A model generated the notes under the pieces. It had not been told where the DNA came from. It searched no databases and saw nothing but the letters and a program-made list of their open reading frames with translations. Of a DNA stretch of 64,000 nt, positions 45,702-55,291 are shown piece after piece. Every line of letters begins with the position of its first letter. The first letter of the stretch is position 1. A program made the translations under genes and the position numbers. Origin of the DNA: an uncultured Gemmatimonadota bacterium (GTDB lineage Bacteria; Gemmatimonadota; Gemmatimonadetes; Palauibacterales; KS3-K002); contig CAYFSW010000170.1 of assembly GCA_964345885.1 (NCBI GenBank), positions 46,169 through 110,168 of the forward strand. The letters are read 5' to 3'.

Positions 45702-46502
45702 ATGACGGTTGCTGAGATGCTCGAGAAGATTGACGAGCCGTTGGAGCTCGCTGGTCGGAAATTCCGGTCGCGGCTGATCCTCGGTACCGGCAAGTACAAG
45801 GACAACGAGACGATGGTCAGGGCGATAGAGGCCTCTGGCACCGAGATAATCACGGTGGCGGTTCGTCGTGTAGACCTCGACCGGACCAAGGAGGAGGGAA
45901 TCCTCTATTACCTCGATCCGGACAAGTGGGCGCTGTTACCCAATACCGCCGGCTGCTATAGCGCCGAGGACGCTGTCCGTTACGCCGGGCTGGGGCGCGC
46001 GGCGGGGTTCGGCGACTGGATCAAGCTGGAGGTCATCGGTGATCAGGAGACGCTTCTGCCCGACGTGGAGGGCTTATTGGAGGCGGCACGCACGCTGGTG
46101 GCCGATGGGTTCAAGGTCTTGGCCTATACGAACGAGGATCTGATCACGGCGCTGAAGCTCGAGCAAGCGGGCGTCGCCGCGGTAATGCCTCTTGCTTCGC
46201 CGATCGGCAGCGGGCTCGGACTGCTCAATCCCTTCAACGTCCGGCTGATCAAGAGCCGGGTGAGCGTGCCGGTCATCGTCGATGCCGGCGTGGGGACGGC
46301 CTCCGACGCCTGCGTGACCATGGAGCAGGGTGTCGACGGGATTCTCATGAATACCGCCGTTGCGGAAGCGAAGGACCCCGTCCGTATGGCCGTAGCGATG
46401 AGGTATGCGACCGAGTCGGGGAGACTGGCTTACCTGGCGGGTCGAATGCCTAAGCGCGAGCAGGCCACGCCGTCCAGCCCCGCGGCGGGTATGCTAGACT
46501 GA
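45702..46502 (+). CDS. thiG: thiazole synthase
   Basis: [14 protein letters not shown]..., KLEVIGD and [13 protein letters not shown] motifs. ATG at 45702 with GGGAGGAAGG RBS. The ORF-track start at 45621 overlaps thiS. Confidence 0.9.
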   Translation: MTVAEMLEKIDEPLELAGRKFRSRLILGTGKYKDNETMVRAIEASGTEIITVAVRRVDLDRTKEEGILYYLDPDKWALLPNTAGCYSAEDAVRYAGLGRAAGFGDWIKLEVIGDQETLLPDVEGLLEAARTLVADGFKVLAYTNEDLITALKLEQAGVAAVMPLASPIGSGLGLLNPFNVRLIKSRVSVPVIVDAGVGTASDACVTMEQGVDGILMNTAVAEAKDPVRMAVAMRYATESGRLAYLAGRMPKREQATPSSPAAGMLD

Positions 46503-46529
46503 GGACTGAAACTGACCAGCACGGCGAGA

Positions 46530-47831
46530 GTGGCTCCGGCGCGCTCGGCAGCTCTGGAAGTCCTGCGTGCCGTGCGCCGGGGCGTCTTGGCTGATCGCGC
46601 TTTCGAACGGTGCGTCGACAGCTTGGCGGAGGCGGACCGCCGCCTGACCCAGGAGCTGGCCTACGGCGTTCTGCGTTTGCGTGGGCGCCTCGATTATCTG
46701 CTCGCCCCGCTCGTCGAGGGCGGCCTGGGGCGACTGGACAGCGATGTCATAGACATCCTCAGGTTGGGCGCATACCAGCTGGTGGAGCTCGATCGCGTGC
46801 CGGCATACGCCGCCGTCTCGGACTCGGTCGAGTTGGCAAAGGCCAGCGCCGGTCGGGGTGTGGGCTCGCTGACGAATGCGGTACTGCGCCGCGTTAACCG
46901 ACAGTATGCCGACGCGCTCCGTTTTCCCGGGCGGGAAAGCGATCCTGTCGGCTACTTATCGACCTGGGGCTCGCACCCCCGCTGGTTGGTGGAGCGCTGG
47001 TTGGCGCGAGCGCCGCTCGATGAGGTCGAGCAGCTGGTGGAGTACAACAACACTCGGCCGGCGGTTCACCTGTCGGTAGTCGATCGGCCGGAGGAAGCGC
47101 TCCGCCGGCTGCGGGGGGCTGGGATTCGGGCCGACCCGGTGCCGCAGGCCCCAAACTCGCTACGAATTGACTCGAGCGAGCTGCGGCGGGCCCTGGGTCT
47201 GGTACGGGCAATCGTGCAGGATCCTGGAGCGGCGGCGGTACTCGAGTATATGGCACTGGACCCGGGTGGTCGTGTCGTCGATCTTTGTGCGGCACCCGGC
47301 GGCAAGGCGGCGCTGCTGGCGGCGCGAGGCCATCAGGTCTTGGCCTTCGACGTCGCCGCTCCCCGGCTCGCCCGGATCTTGGAGACGCGATCCCGTCTCG
47401 GGCTGTCGCAGCTGCACGTTGCGCGGGCGGACTCGACTCGCCCACCGCTTTCCGGCGCGGAGGTCCTCCTACTCGACGCGCCGTGTACGGGGACCGGTAC
47501 GCTCGCCCGGCACCCCGATGGGCGGTGGCGGCTGGAGGTTGGAGACCTCGAGAGTCTAACCGGCCTGCAACAGCGCCTACTGGAGGCTGCCGCAAAGGCG
47601 CTGGCACCCGGTGGGTTGCTGGTTTATGCGACCTGTTCGCTGGAACCGGAGGAGAATGAGGGGCAGGTTGAGGCGTTCTTGAATAGGCACGTGGACTTTG
47701 GATTGGAGGCGCCGGCAGGGGGCCGTCTGAGCACGGATTTCATAGGCGCTGAGGGTGAGTTGCGGATACTGCCGCAACGACACGGTATGGATGGAACGTA
47801 TGCGGCACGACTCCGACATCGACTGGGCTGA
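46530..47831 (+). CDS. rsmB: 16S rRNA (cytosine-C5)-methyltransferase RsmB/Sun family
   Basis: NusB-like N-terminal domain; SAM motif DLCAAPGGK; catalytic DAPCTGTG and YATCSLEPEENE (PC / TC cysteines). Confidence 0.8.
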   Translation: MAPARSAALEVLRAVRRGVLADRAFERCVDSLAEADRRLTQELAYGVLRLRGRLDYLLAPLVEGGLGRLDSDVIDILRLGAYQLVELDRVPAYAAVSDSVELAKASAGRGVGSLTNAVLRRVNRQYADALRFPGRESDPVGYLSTWGSHPRWLVERWLARAPLDEVEQLVEYNNTRPAVHLSVVDRPEEALRRLRGAGIRADPVPQAPNSLRIDSSELRRALGLVRAIVQDPGAAAVLEYMALDPGGRVVDLCAAPGGKAALLAARGHQVLAFDVAAPRLARILETRSRLGLSQLHVARADSTRPPLSGAEVLLLDAPCTGTGTLARHPDGRWRLEVGDLESLTGLQQRLLEAAAKALAPGGLLVYATCSLEPEENEGQVEAFLNRHVDFGLEAPAGGRLSTDFIGAEGELRILPQRHGMDGTYAARLRHRLG

Positions 47832-47874
47832 AACTCACCCTGCCGAGCGCGGTAGGCCAGGATGGCGGCTGTGG

Positions 47875-48660
47875 GTGACGTCTCCGCGTCACCTCATCGT
47901 GACTATCGCAGGTGTGGCGATGTTCGGTCTGTTGCTCGGGTATCTCGTGGCGGTGCTCTTCGTCTTCCCGCCGCACAACGTGGCCGCGGATCTGAGGCGC
48001 GTGCCCGATCTCGTTGGGCGGACCGTCGAGGAGGCACGCCGGCGGACCGAGCGAGAGGATCTCGCTTTGGAGGAGGCTCTCGCCATTCATCATGCCCAGC
48101 CGTTGGGAACGGTGGTCGCCCAAGAGCCGCTGGCCGGTCAGATGGCGCGACCGGGATCAGTTCTGCGGGTCACGACCAGCCTCGGACCACCGGAGCGACC
48201 CGTGCCCGACGTCGTGGGGTTGAGCCGCGAGCAGGCGGAGATGATCCTGCTGCAGGCGGGTTTCGAGGTCGAGGTGACGCGGCTGGACGCCAGTGCCGAT
48301 GTGGGGCAGGTGGTCGGCGTGCGGCCCGCGCCCGGTACGCCAGTCGTACTTCCGGGTGAGGTGCGTCTCCTGGTAAGTGCCGGGGCGAGCAGCGTGCAGA
48401 TACCCGACCTGGCGATGCAGTCGGTGACGGAAGCCGAAGCCACGCTGCGGCGGCTGGGGCTGCGGCTCGGCGAGGTGTTGGAGGACTCGGCCAGCCTGGC
48501 GGCGCCGGGCACGGTCTTGGGCCAATCGCCGGTCGCCGGCGAGAGCGCGGCGCGAGGTGCGAGCGTTTCTGTCACCGTGGCCGTCGCCCCGCTGCCGGCA
48601 GTGGACTCGACGACGCTGCCCGACACGGGCGGTGTCGAGCCCGACACAGCGAGAGCATGA
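47875..48660 (+). CDS. membrane-anchored protein with three PASTA domains and no kinase or PBP domain
   Basis: TM helix IAGVAMFGLLLGYLVAVLFVF, then three about 65-aa PASTA-like repeats (PDLVGRTVEEA..., PDVVGLSREQAE..., PDLAMQSVTEAE...). Start is either GTG 47875 or ATG 47791 (which overlaps rsmB by 41 nt). Confidence 0.6.
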   Translation: MTSPRHLIVTIAGVAMFGLLLGYLVAVLFVFPPHNVAADLRRVPDLVGRTVEEARRRTEREDLALEEALAIHHAQPLGTVVAQEPLAGQMARPGSVLRVTTSLGPPERPVPDVVGLSREQAEMILLQAGFEVEVTRLDASADVGQVVGVRPAPGTPVVLPGEVRLLVSAGASSVQIPDLAMQSVTEAEATLRRLGLRLGEVLEDSASLAAPGTVLGQSPVAGESAARGASVSVTVAVAPLPAVDSTTLPDTGGVEPDTARA

Positions 48661-48692
48661 GCTGACACGGCGATGACGAGCGGGAGCAACGA

Positions 48693-49241
48693 ATGAGCGA
48701 TCCTAGCCTTGGTTCGGGTTTCAGATCGGCGGCTGGTATAGCGCTGTGTGCTGCCACACTCGGCGGCCTGGTGGCGCTAGGCTGCAGCGGCGACGCCCGC
48801 GGCGTCGAGGTCGGTGACCAGGTCCCGGACTACAGCGCGCCGAGCTTGACCGGCGAAGAGGTCGCGTTTGCTGACCATCTGGGCGAAGTCGTGCTGATCA
48901 ACGTCTGGGCAACGTGGTGCGGACCTTGCCGGGTGGAGATGCCCCCGATCAAGAACATTTACAGCCGGTTTAGGGACCAGGGCTTCACGGTTCTCGCTGT
49001 CTCAATCGACACCGGGCCGGGTTATAGAGAGAAAGTGGCCGAGTTCGTTGGCGAGTTCGAGCTCGATTTCCCGGTGCTCCTCGACCCCGAGAGCCGGATC
49101 GGCCGTGTCCTGCAGACCATCGGCGTTCCGGAGACTTTCGTCCTCGATCGCCAAGGTCGGATCGTCAAGCGCTTGATCGGGGCCACCGACTGGGACTCCG
49201 AGGCGAATCAAGCCTTGATCAAAGAGCTACTCAGGATGTGA
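48693..49241 (+). CDS. TlpA/ResA-like thiol-disulfide oxidoreductase lipoprotein
   Basis: Lipobox LALGCSG; thioredoxin active site WATWCGPCR. Confidence 0.8.
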   Translation: MSDPSLGSGFRSAAGIALCAATLGGLVALGCSGDARGVEVGDQVPDYSAPSLTGEEVAFADHLGEVVLINVWATWCGPCRVEMPPIKNIYSRFRDQGFTVLAVSIDTGPGYREKVAEFVGEFELDFPVLLDPESRIGRVLQTIGVPETFVLDRQGRIVKRLIGATDWDSEANQALIKELLRM

Positions 49242-50191
49242 CGATGGCAGACTGGCGTACAAACCTGAAGCGGAACTGGCTGTACATGCTCACAGCCGCG
49301 CTCCTCTCGCTCTTCCTCTGGGTTGCTGTGAGCGCCGACCGGGTGGATGAGCGGCCCTATTCCGCCGATCTCCTGATCGTCAACAGCGACCGGCGCTATG
49401 TGGAAACGAGCCGCGAGCCGGACACTGAGGAGGTGACGGTCGATTTCACCGGTCGTGTCGGCGAACTGGCTCGGTTGGCGGTCGCTCGTCCCCAGCTTCT
49501 CGTCACGATCGATAGTATTGACTCCAATGTGCTGGAGGTCCGACTCACCTCGGACATGGTGACGGGAAGAGGTGGCGCGCCGCTGGATGGAGTAAGCGCG
49601 ATCCGCGTGCGGCCCGATCGGTTCCAGATCCACTTCCAGCTGAGGGGCACCAAGACTGTACCTGTCGTGCCGGACATGTCGCGCCTCAGCCTTGAGGACG
49701 GCTACGTGATGTCCGACTCTGTGCGCGTCGAGCCGGACATGGTTGCGCTCGACGGGCCGGAGGACATCGTGACTGCCACCGAGTCGGTAACCACCGCGCC
49801 GGTCCCCGGCACCGTGCTGCGCGAATCGACCAGCGTGGAGGTGCCGCTCGTGGTGCCAGATCCCATCATGCGGCTCTCTGTCACCAGCGTAGAGGTGACG
49901 GTTTCGGTCCAGCCTCTGGAGGAACGGGTCTTTCCGGGTATCCCGCTGGCCGTCAGCGGCGCTGACTTGGAGGGCTTGAGGGTTGAACCATCGCTAGTCG
50001 ATGTCCGGCTCTCGGGGCCGCGGAGCGCCATTTCGGCGGTACGGCCCGAGGCATTGTCGCCGCACGTCGAACTGCGTAGCCGCGCCGCCTTGGGTCGGCC
50101 CCTGCCGATTCTACTCCCCGCGCCCGCCCCGTTCATCACCGTCATCGTCGACCCGGACTCGGCTCGTGTCGTGGTGGAGTCCGGTGGCTGA
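49238..50191 (+). CDS. YbbR-like domain protein (membrane-anchored)
   Basis: N-terminal TM helix followed by repeated about 80-aa beta-rich modules. Assignment by architecture only. Confidence 0.45.
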   Translation: MTMADWRTNLKRNWLYMLTAALLSLFLWVAVSADRVDERPYSADLLIVNSDRRYVETSREPDTEEVTVDFTGRVGELARLAVARPQLLVTIDSIDSNVLEVRLTSDMVTGRGGAPLDGVSAIRVRPDRFQIHFQLRGTKTVPVVPDMSRLSLEDGYVMSDSVRVEPDMVALDGPEDIVTATESVTTAPVPGTVLRESTSVEVPLVVPDPIMRLSVTSVEVTVSVQPLEERVFPGIPLAVSGADLEGLRVEPSLVDVRLSGPRSAISAVRPEALSPHVELRSRAALGRPLPILLPAPAPFITVIVDPDSARVVVESGG

Positions 50192-50227
50192 TCGCGAGAG
50201 CGCCGGGATCGGCGGTAGGGCAGACGC

Positions 50228-51268
50228 GTGAGTGGGCGGACTATCCTCGCGGTCGAGACTTCGTGTGACGACACATCCGCTGCCGTACTCCGCGGTGAGC
50301 GCGAATTACTGAGTCACGTAATCGCGACGCAGGACATGCACGGCGGCTTCGGCGGCGTCGTCCCCGAGGTCGCATCACGGGCTCAGTTGGCCGTGATCGA
50401 CAGGATCGTGGACCAGGCTGTCGACCAGGCTGCCATCCGGATGGACGAGCTGGATGCCCTGGCGGTCACGGCGGGGCCGGGCCTCATCGGTTCACTCCTG
50501 GTGGGCCTCAACTGGGTTAAGGCTGCCGCGTACGCACTGGCCAGACCGTTCATCGGCATCCACCACATGGAGGCGCATCTATTCGCCTCCGCTTTGGAGG
50601 ACGAGAGAGCGCAACCGCCGTTTGTCGCGCTGCTCGTATCCGGCGGCCACACCCTGTTGCTACACGCCGAGAGCTGGGGACGGTACCATATGCTGGGTGG
50701 TACGCGGGACGACGCCGCCGGCGAAGCGTTCGACAAGGTGGCGCGATTGCTGGGACTGGGCTATCCTGGCGGCCCGGCGATCGAGCGGCTGGCCAAAGAG
50801 GGCGAGCCGGCGCGGCACGCGCTTCCTGTGCCGATGGTCCGTCCCGGCCAGCGCGAGGGTAGCGAGGACTACTTCGATATGTCATTCAGCGGCCTGAAGA
50901 CTGCCGTGCTGCTGCGGGTACGCGAGCTCGAGAAGACAGGTGGCCTCAAGGACGAGGTGCCGCACCTGGCGGCTGCCTTTCAGCAGGCGGCCGTCCAGCA
51001 GCTCACCGAGAAGACGCTGCGCGCGGTGCGGGCTACAGGCTGCCAGCGGGTGGTCCTCGGAGGAGGTGTCGCCAGGAACGCGGCGCTGGCCGATAGCATT
51101 CGCTCCCGGATGGGCCCTGACGCTCTCGTCTTTGTACCTTCGTCGAGGCTCGCGACCGACAACGCAGCGATGGTGGCACGGGCGGCCGCATTCCGATTGG
51201 GACGTGGCGAGCAGGACGGATATGACCTCAACGCGCGGGCGGACCTGCCGATGCCGGGCGTCGTCTGA
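50228..51268 (+). CDS. tsaD: tRNA N6-adenosine threonylcarbamoyltransferase
   Basis: ILAVETSCDDTSAAV, GIHHMEAH and LLVSGGHT metal-binding motifs. Confidence 0.9.
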   Translation: MSGRTILAVETSCDDTSAAVLRGERELLSHVIATQDMHGGFGGVVPEVASRAQLAVIDRIVDQAVDQAAIRMDELDALAVTAGPGLIGSLLVGLNWVKAAAYALARPFIGIHHMEAHLFASALEDERAQPPFVALLVSGGHTLLLHAESWGRYHMLGGTRDDAAGEAFDKVARLLGLGYPGGPAIERLAKEGEPARHALPVPMVRPGQREGSEDYFDMSFSGLKTAVLLRVRELEKTGGLKDEVPHLAAAFQQAAVQQLTEKTLRAVRATGCQRVVLGGGVARNAALADSIRSRMGPDALVFVPSSRLATDNAAMVARAAAFRLGRGEQDGYDLNARADLPMPGVV

Positions 51269-51300
51269 GCGTGACGCGCTGGACTGAGAGGAAACGGTAA

Positions 51301-52131
51301 ATGTACCCGATACTCTTCGAGTTCAAGGGAATAGAGATCACGACTTTTGGCCTGATGCTCGGGCTCGGTTTCTTGGCTGCCGGTTGGATCGGCACCTTCC
51401 AGTTCGATGACAGGGGCTATGAGAAGGACGCTTCTTGGACCGTCCTGATGGGCGCTCTGATCGGAGGCATCGTCGGCGCGAAGCTCTATTACGCTTTCCT
51501 TAATTGGCCGCTCCTGGTCCGCGACCCGCTCGGCACGCTCTTCTCGCGCGCCGGCCTCGTCTGGTACGGTGGCCTGATCGGTGGCGCGATCGGCGTAATA
51601 CTCGTAGCGCGCCGGGCGAAATTCCCGATCCCCATCGTCGCCGACGCTGCCGCGCTTATGCTGTCCATCGGGTACGCGGTCGGGCGTATCGGTTGCTTCT
51701 TGGTCGGTGACGACTACGGTCGGCCTACCGATAGCTGGATCGGTGTCGCGTTCCCCAAGGGTTCGCCGCCGAGCACGGCAGGAAATCTGCGCGACAGTTT
51801 CGGCGTGAGCGTGCCGGATACGGTTCCGGATTGGGAAGTGATGCGCGTGCACCCGACCCAGCTGTATGAGACGACCATCATGTTGATCGTCCTCGCGCTG
51901 CTCTGGCGGCTGCGTCGCCACCCGCACCGCGCCGGCTGGTTGTTTATGCTCTACCTGGTGCTGGCGGGCCTCGAACGGGCGTTCGTCGAGATCTTCCGCG
52001 CCAAAGACGATCGATTCTTCGGGCCGCTCACCCTTGCTCAGGTGATTAGCCTGGCCATAATCGCGGGGGGCGCCTATGGGCTCGTCGCGCTGAGGCGCGG
52101 CCGGGGCGAGGCAGCGCCAGCGTCGTCGTAG
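51301..52131 (+). CDS. lgt: prolipoprotein diacylglyceryl transferase
   Basis: Lgt signature YAVGRIGCFLVGDDYGRPT; multi-TM protein. Confidence 0.9.
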   Translation: MYPILFEFKGIEITTFGLMLGLGFLAAGWIGTFQFDDRGYEKDASWTVLMGALIGGIVGAKLYYAFLNWPLLVRDPLGTLFSRAGLVWYGGLIGGAIGVILVARRAKFPIPIVADAAALMLSIGYAVGRIGCFLVGDDYGRPTDSWIGVAFPKGSPPSTAGNLRDSFGVSVPDTVPDWEVMRVHPTQLYETTIMLIVLALLWRLRRHPHRAGWLFMLYLVLAGLERAFVEIFRAKDDRFFGPLTLAQVISLAIIAGGAYGLVALRRGRGEAAPASS

Positions 52132-52152
52132 GCTGCTCGGAGGTAGGAACGC

Positions 52153-53022
52153 TTGGCAACGCTGCTGCACCTCTCGGATCTGCATTTCGGCAAGGCCTTC
52201 CGACCGGACGTGGCCGAGGTGGTTGTCGAATATGCCCGCGACCTCGTGCCTGATGTCGTGGTGGTTTCGGGCGACCTGACGCAGCGCGCCAAGGCGACCG
52301 AGTTCGAGGCGGCCGCGGAATATCTGGAACGCTTCGCCGCGCCCGTGGTGGTTACGCCGGGCAATCACGACGTTCCGTTCTACCGCTTCTGGGAAAGGGT
52401 TCTGTTCCCATACGCCAACTACCACCGCTACATTTGCGACGAACTCAATACGGTCACCGACGTAGCCGGGCTCAGGATCGTGGCGCTTAATTCGAGCAGG
52501 CGCGCGACGCTCACCAACGGGCGAATCCGTCGCTCGCAGCTCGCCTTCGCCAGCCGTGCGTTCGACGGTGGTAACGATTCGCTAGCCCGGATCGTCGTTA
52601 CCCATCATCATCTGGCGCCGCCGCCTGACTTCGTAGGTGGCAACGTGATGCCATTCGCGCGGCGCGCGCTGCGGCGTTTCACCGAACACGACGTCGATCT
52701 GATTCTCGCCGGCCATATGCACCGCTCCTACATCGGTAGCTCGCTCGATTTCTTTCCGGGCGATCTGCAACATCGCGGGATTGTCATCGTCCAATGCGGC
52801 ACGACTACGTCGAGCCGCGGCCGCGGCCGCGAACGGTTCAAGAATACTCTCAACTTGATCCAGATCGATGACCGCGAGATCCGCGTCGCGCATCACGCAT
52901 GGGTCGGCGACCGCGCTCGATTCATGCCGATGAGCAAACATGTCTTCCCGCGCGGAACCAAAGGTTACTTCGATGTCGCCAGCGGACCGGGCATCGACTC
53001 CGAGCACAGCTCGGTCGCCTGA
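52153..53022 (+). CDS. calcineurin-like metallophosphoesterase
   Basis: HLSDLHFG, VSGDLTQ, GNHD and THHHL metal-ligand motifs. Confidence 0.75.
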   Translation: MATLLHLSDLHFGKAFRPDVAEVVVEYARDLVPDVVVVSGDLTQRAKATEFEAAAEYLERFAAPVVVTPGNHDVPFYRFWERVLFPYANYHRYICDELNTVTDVAGLRIVALNSSRRATLTNGRIRRSQLAFASRAFDGGNDSLARIVVTHHHLAPPPDFVGGNVMPFARRALRRFTEHDVDLILAGHMHRSYIGSSLDFFPGDLQHRGIVIVQCGTTTSSRGRGRERFKNTLNLIQIDDREIRVAHHAWVGDRARFMPMSKHVFPRGTKGYFDVASGPGIDSEHSSVA

Positions 53023-55291
53023 CACTATCCGGCTGGGCGTTCGCCTCGCAGCCCTCCTCGCTGCCGCCGCCGGCTTGCTGACCGCGGTACCTGCCTCGGC
53101 CCAGGTGACCGCCCGCGACACGCTTCCCATCGTTCGCAAGGTCCGCTTCAGCGGCAACGCTGCTTTCAGCGATAGTGAGATCGAACGGGCGATAGCGACT
53201 CGCGATAGTGGCTGCAAGTCGGTGCTGCTCAGCCCTCTCTGCTGGATCGGGTGGGACGCGTTCATCCGGACGGAGCAGCTGGACCGGCGTGAGTTGAGGA
53301 CCGACATCGCCCGCATAAGGGTCTTTTACTACCGGCGCGGCTTCCGGAACGCCCAGGTAGACACGACGGTTATCCGCCACAACAGCTTCGTCGATGTCAC
53401 CTTCCGAATTGATGAGGGTCAGCCCGTGATAGTGCGCGATCTACAGGTTAGCGGGCTCGATGGTGTAGACGAAGCCGATGCCATTATCTCGAATCTGGAT
53501 TTGAAGCCGGAGCGGCCATTCAGCGAAGTGGACCTTACGGCGTCGCGGGAGCGAATCGAGCGAGAACTGCGAAGGCGCGGATACGCTGATGCAGTGGTCC
53601 TCGTCGAAGCGTCCATTCCCAGCACAGATACTCTAGGGGCGTTCGTCGTGTTGCAGGCCGTACCGGGACCGCGGTCGCGGATCGGTGCGATCGAGGTAAT
53701 CGGGACCGTGGAGATCGATCCCGAGGACGTGAAACGGCTGCTGACCTTTCGGACCGGCGACCTGTACGACGAATACGAGATTGTTCGTAGCCAGCGGACA
53801 CTCTACTCGCTAGTGCTGTTCGATTATGTGGACATAACCCAGCGTCCGACGAACCCTGACTCGACGATAGACATCCAGGTACAGGTCAACGAGGCGCGGA
53901 TGCGTGGGGTGCAGTTCGGTGTCGGATTGTCGACGACCGAGTGTTTCCAGGTCGAAGCTGGCTGGAGCCATCGAAATCTCTTTGGCGGGACACGCACGCT
54001 CGAGCTGAGTGGTGTCCTCTCGAACCTGGGTGCCGCAACCCTGGCCCGGCGATTTCCTTGCACGCAGGCCGGCGTCGAGCGCGGCAGCGAACTCGAGACC
54101 AATCCTTACAACAAGGTCAACTGGAGACTGCGCGCTGATTTCCGGCAACCGTGGTTCCTCGGTACGGAGAACTGGTTGCACCTCGGCGTCTTCGGCGAAA
54201 GACAGAGCCTGCCGGGGATCTACGCGCGTGTCAGTTACGGGGGCGACGTGAGGCTGAGCCGGGAGATCTCTCCCGGGACCGCTCTGGTAGGCACGTATCG
54301 TGCCGGACGCGACAGCTTGGAGGAGGGGAGTGCCGACTTCCTGTTTTGCGCCAACTTCCTAGTCTGTCGTCCCGAGGACATCGCGGTGCTCGAGCAACCG
54401 CGCTGGCTCTCCTGGGTCGCCGTCACCTTCGCCCAGAGCAGAACCGACGTCGTCCTCAACCCGACGCGCGGCTACCGGTTCACGATCGAAGGAGAGACGG
54501 CATCCCGGCTCACGGGGTCGGAGTGGGCCTATTACAGGGCGCAGAGCGAATTTAGCTGGTTCCAGAGTCTCGGCCGCAATGTCCTGGCGCTGCGGGTGCG
54601 AGGCGGTCTGGTGCGTCCCATCGGCTCGGGTCTGGAGGGTGTAGAGCTCGGCACGGCTACCGACACGTCAACGGCCGAGCCGGTAACGCAACCGTTGAAG
54701 CGACAGTACGCGGGAGGGGCTTTTAGCGTCCGTGGTTTTGGGCAGAACCTGCTGGGGCCGCTGGTCTTGCTTGCGCGTGCCGAGGATCTGGAGGCCTGCA
54801 ACCCCGTCAACCCGCAGGTCACAGATCGGAACACATGGGTCTGCGACCCCGAAGAAGCGGGTCTGACCTCGGGTCAGGTCTTTCCGCGGCCGGTGGGGGG
54901 TGAGAACTCAATCGTGGCGAACTTGGAGCTTCGCTTTCCCTTCGCGGCTGGTCGCTGGATCTGGGTGGCGTTCGTCGACGTGGGGAAGGTTTGGAGCCCG
55001 GGTGCGGAGGTCAGTGGTGGAGATCGGTTGGCCTGGTCGCCTGGCATCGGGATCCGCTATCAAAGCCCCGTGGGACCTCTGCGCCTGGATATAGGTTACA
55101 ATACGAGTGGCGCTGCACGGTTCCCGGTGATCAGCGAGTTAAAGGACGAGAACGGACAGCCGTTTATCGTGCAATTGGGCCGCGAGACCGACGAACCGCG
55201 ACTGTTCACCTACGACCCGTTTGAGGGTACGGGCCTGCGGGGGTTCCTGAACCGCCTGCAGCTGCACTTCTCGATAGGACACGCGTTCTAG
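52973..55291 (+). CDS. tamA: Omp85-family outer membrane protein, TamA-like (POTRA plus surface-antigen beta-barrel)
   Basis: Signal peptide ...LAALLAAAAGLLTAVPASAQ; POTRA-like repeats; C-terminal beta-barrel ending in an aromatic residue. Immediately followed by tamB. The start overlaps the upstream gene by about 50 nt and is uncertain. Confidence 0.7.
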   Translation: MSPADRASTPSTARSPDTIRLGVRLAALLAAAAGLLTAVPASAQVTARDTLPIVRKVRFSGNAAFSDSEIERAIATRDSGCKSVLLSPLCWIGWDAFIRTEQLDRRELRTDIARIRVFYYRRGFRNAQVDTTVIRHNSFVDVTFRIDEGQPVIVRDLQVSGLDGVDEADAIISNLDLKPERPFSEVDLTASRERIERELRRRGYADAVVLVEASIPSTDTLGAFVVLQAVPGPRSRIGAIEVIGTVEIDPEDVKRLLTFRTGDLYDEYEIVRSQRTLYSLVLFDYVDITQRPTNPDSTIDIQVQVNEARMRGVQFGVGLSTTECFQVEAGWSHRNLFGGTRTLELSGVLSNLGAATLARRFPCTQAGVERGSELETNPYNKVNWRLRADFRQPWFLGTENWLHLGVFGERQSLPGIYARVSYGGDVRLSREISPGTALVGTYRAGRDSLEEGSADFLFCANFLVCRPEDIAVLEQPRWLSWVAVTFAQSRTDVVLNPTRGYRFTIEGETASRLTGSEWAYYRAQSEFSWFQSLGRNVLALRVRGGLVRPIGSGLEGVELGTATDTSTAEPVTQPLKRQYAGGAFSVRGFGQNLLGPLVLLARAEDLEACNPVNPQVTDRNTWVCDPEEAGLTSGQVFPRPVGGENSIVANLELRFPFAAGRWIWVAFVDVGKVWSPGAEVSGGDRLAWSPGIGIRYQSPVGPLRLDIGYNTSGAARFPVISELKDENGQPFIVQLGRETDEPRLFTYDPFEGTGLRGFLNRLQLHFSIGHAF

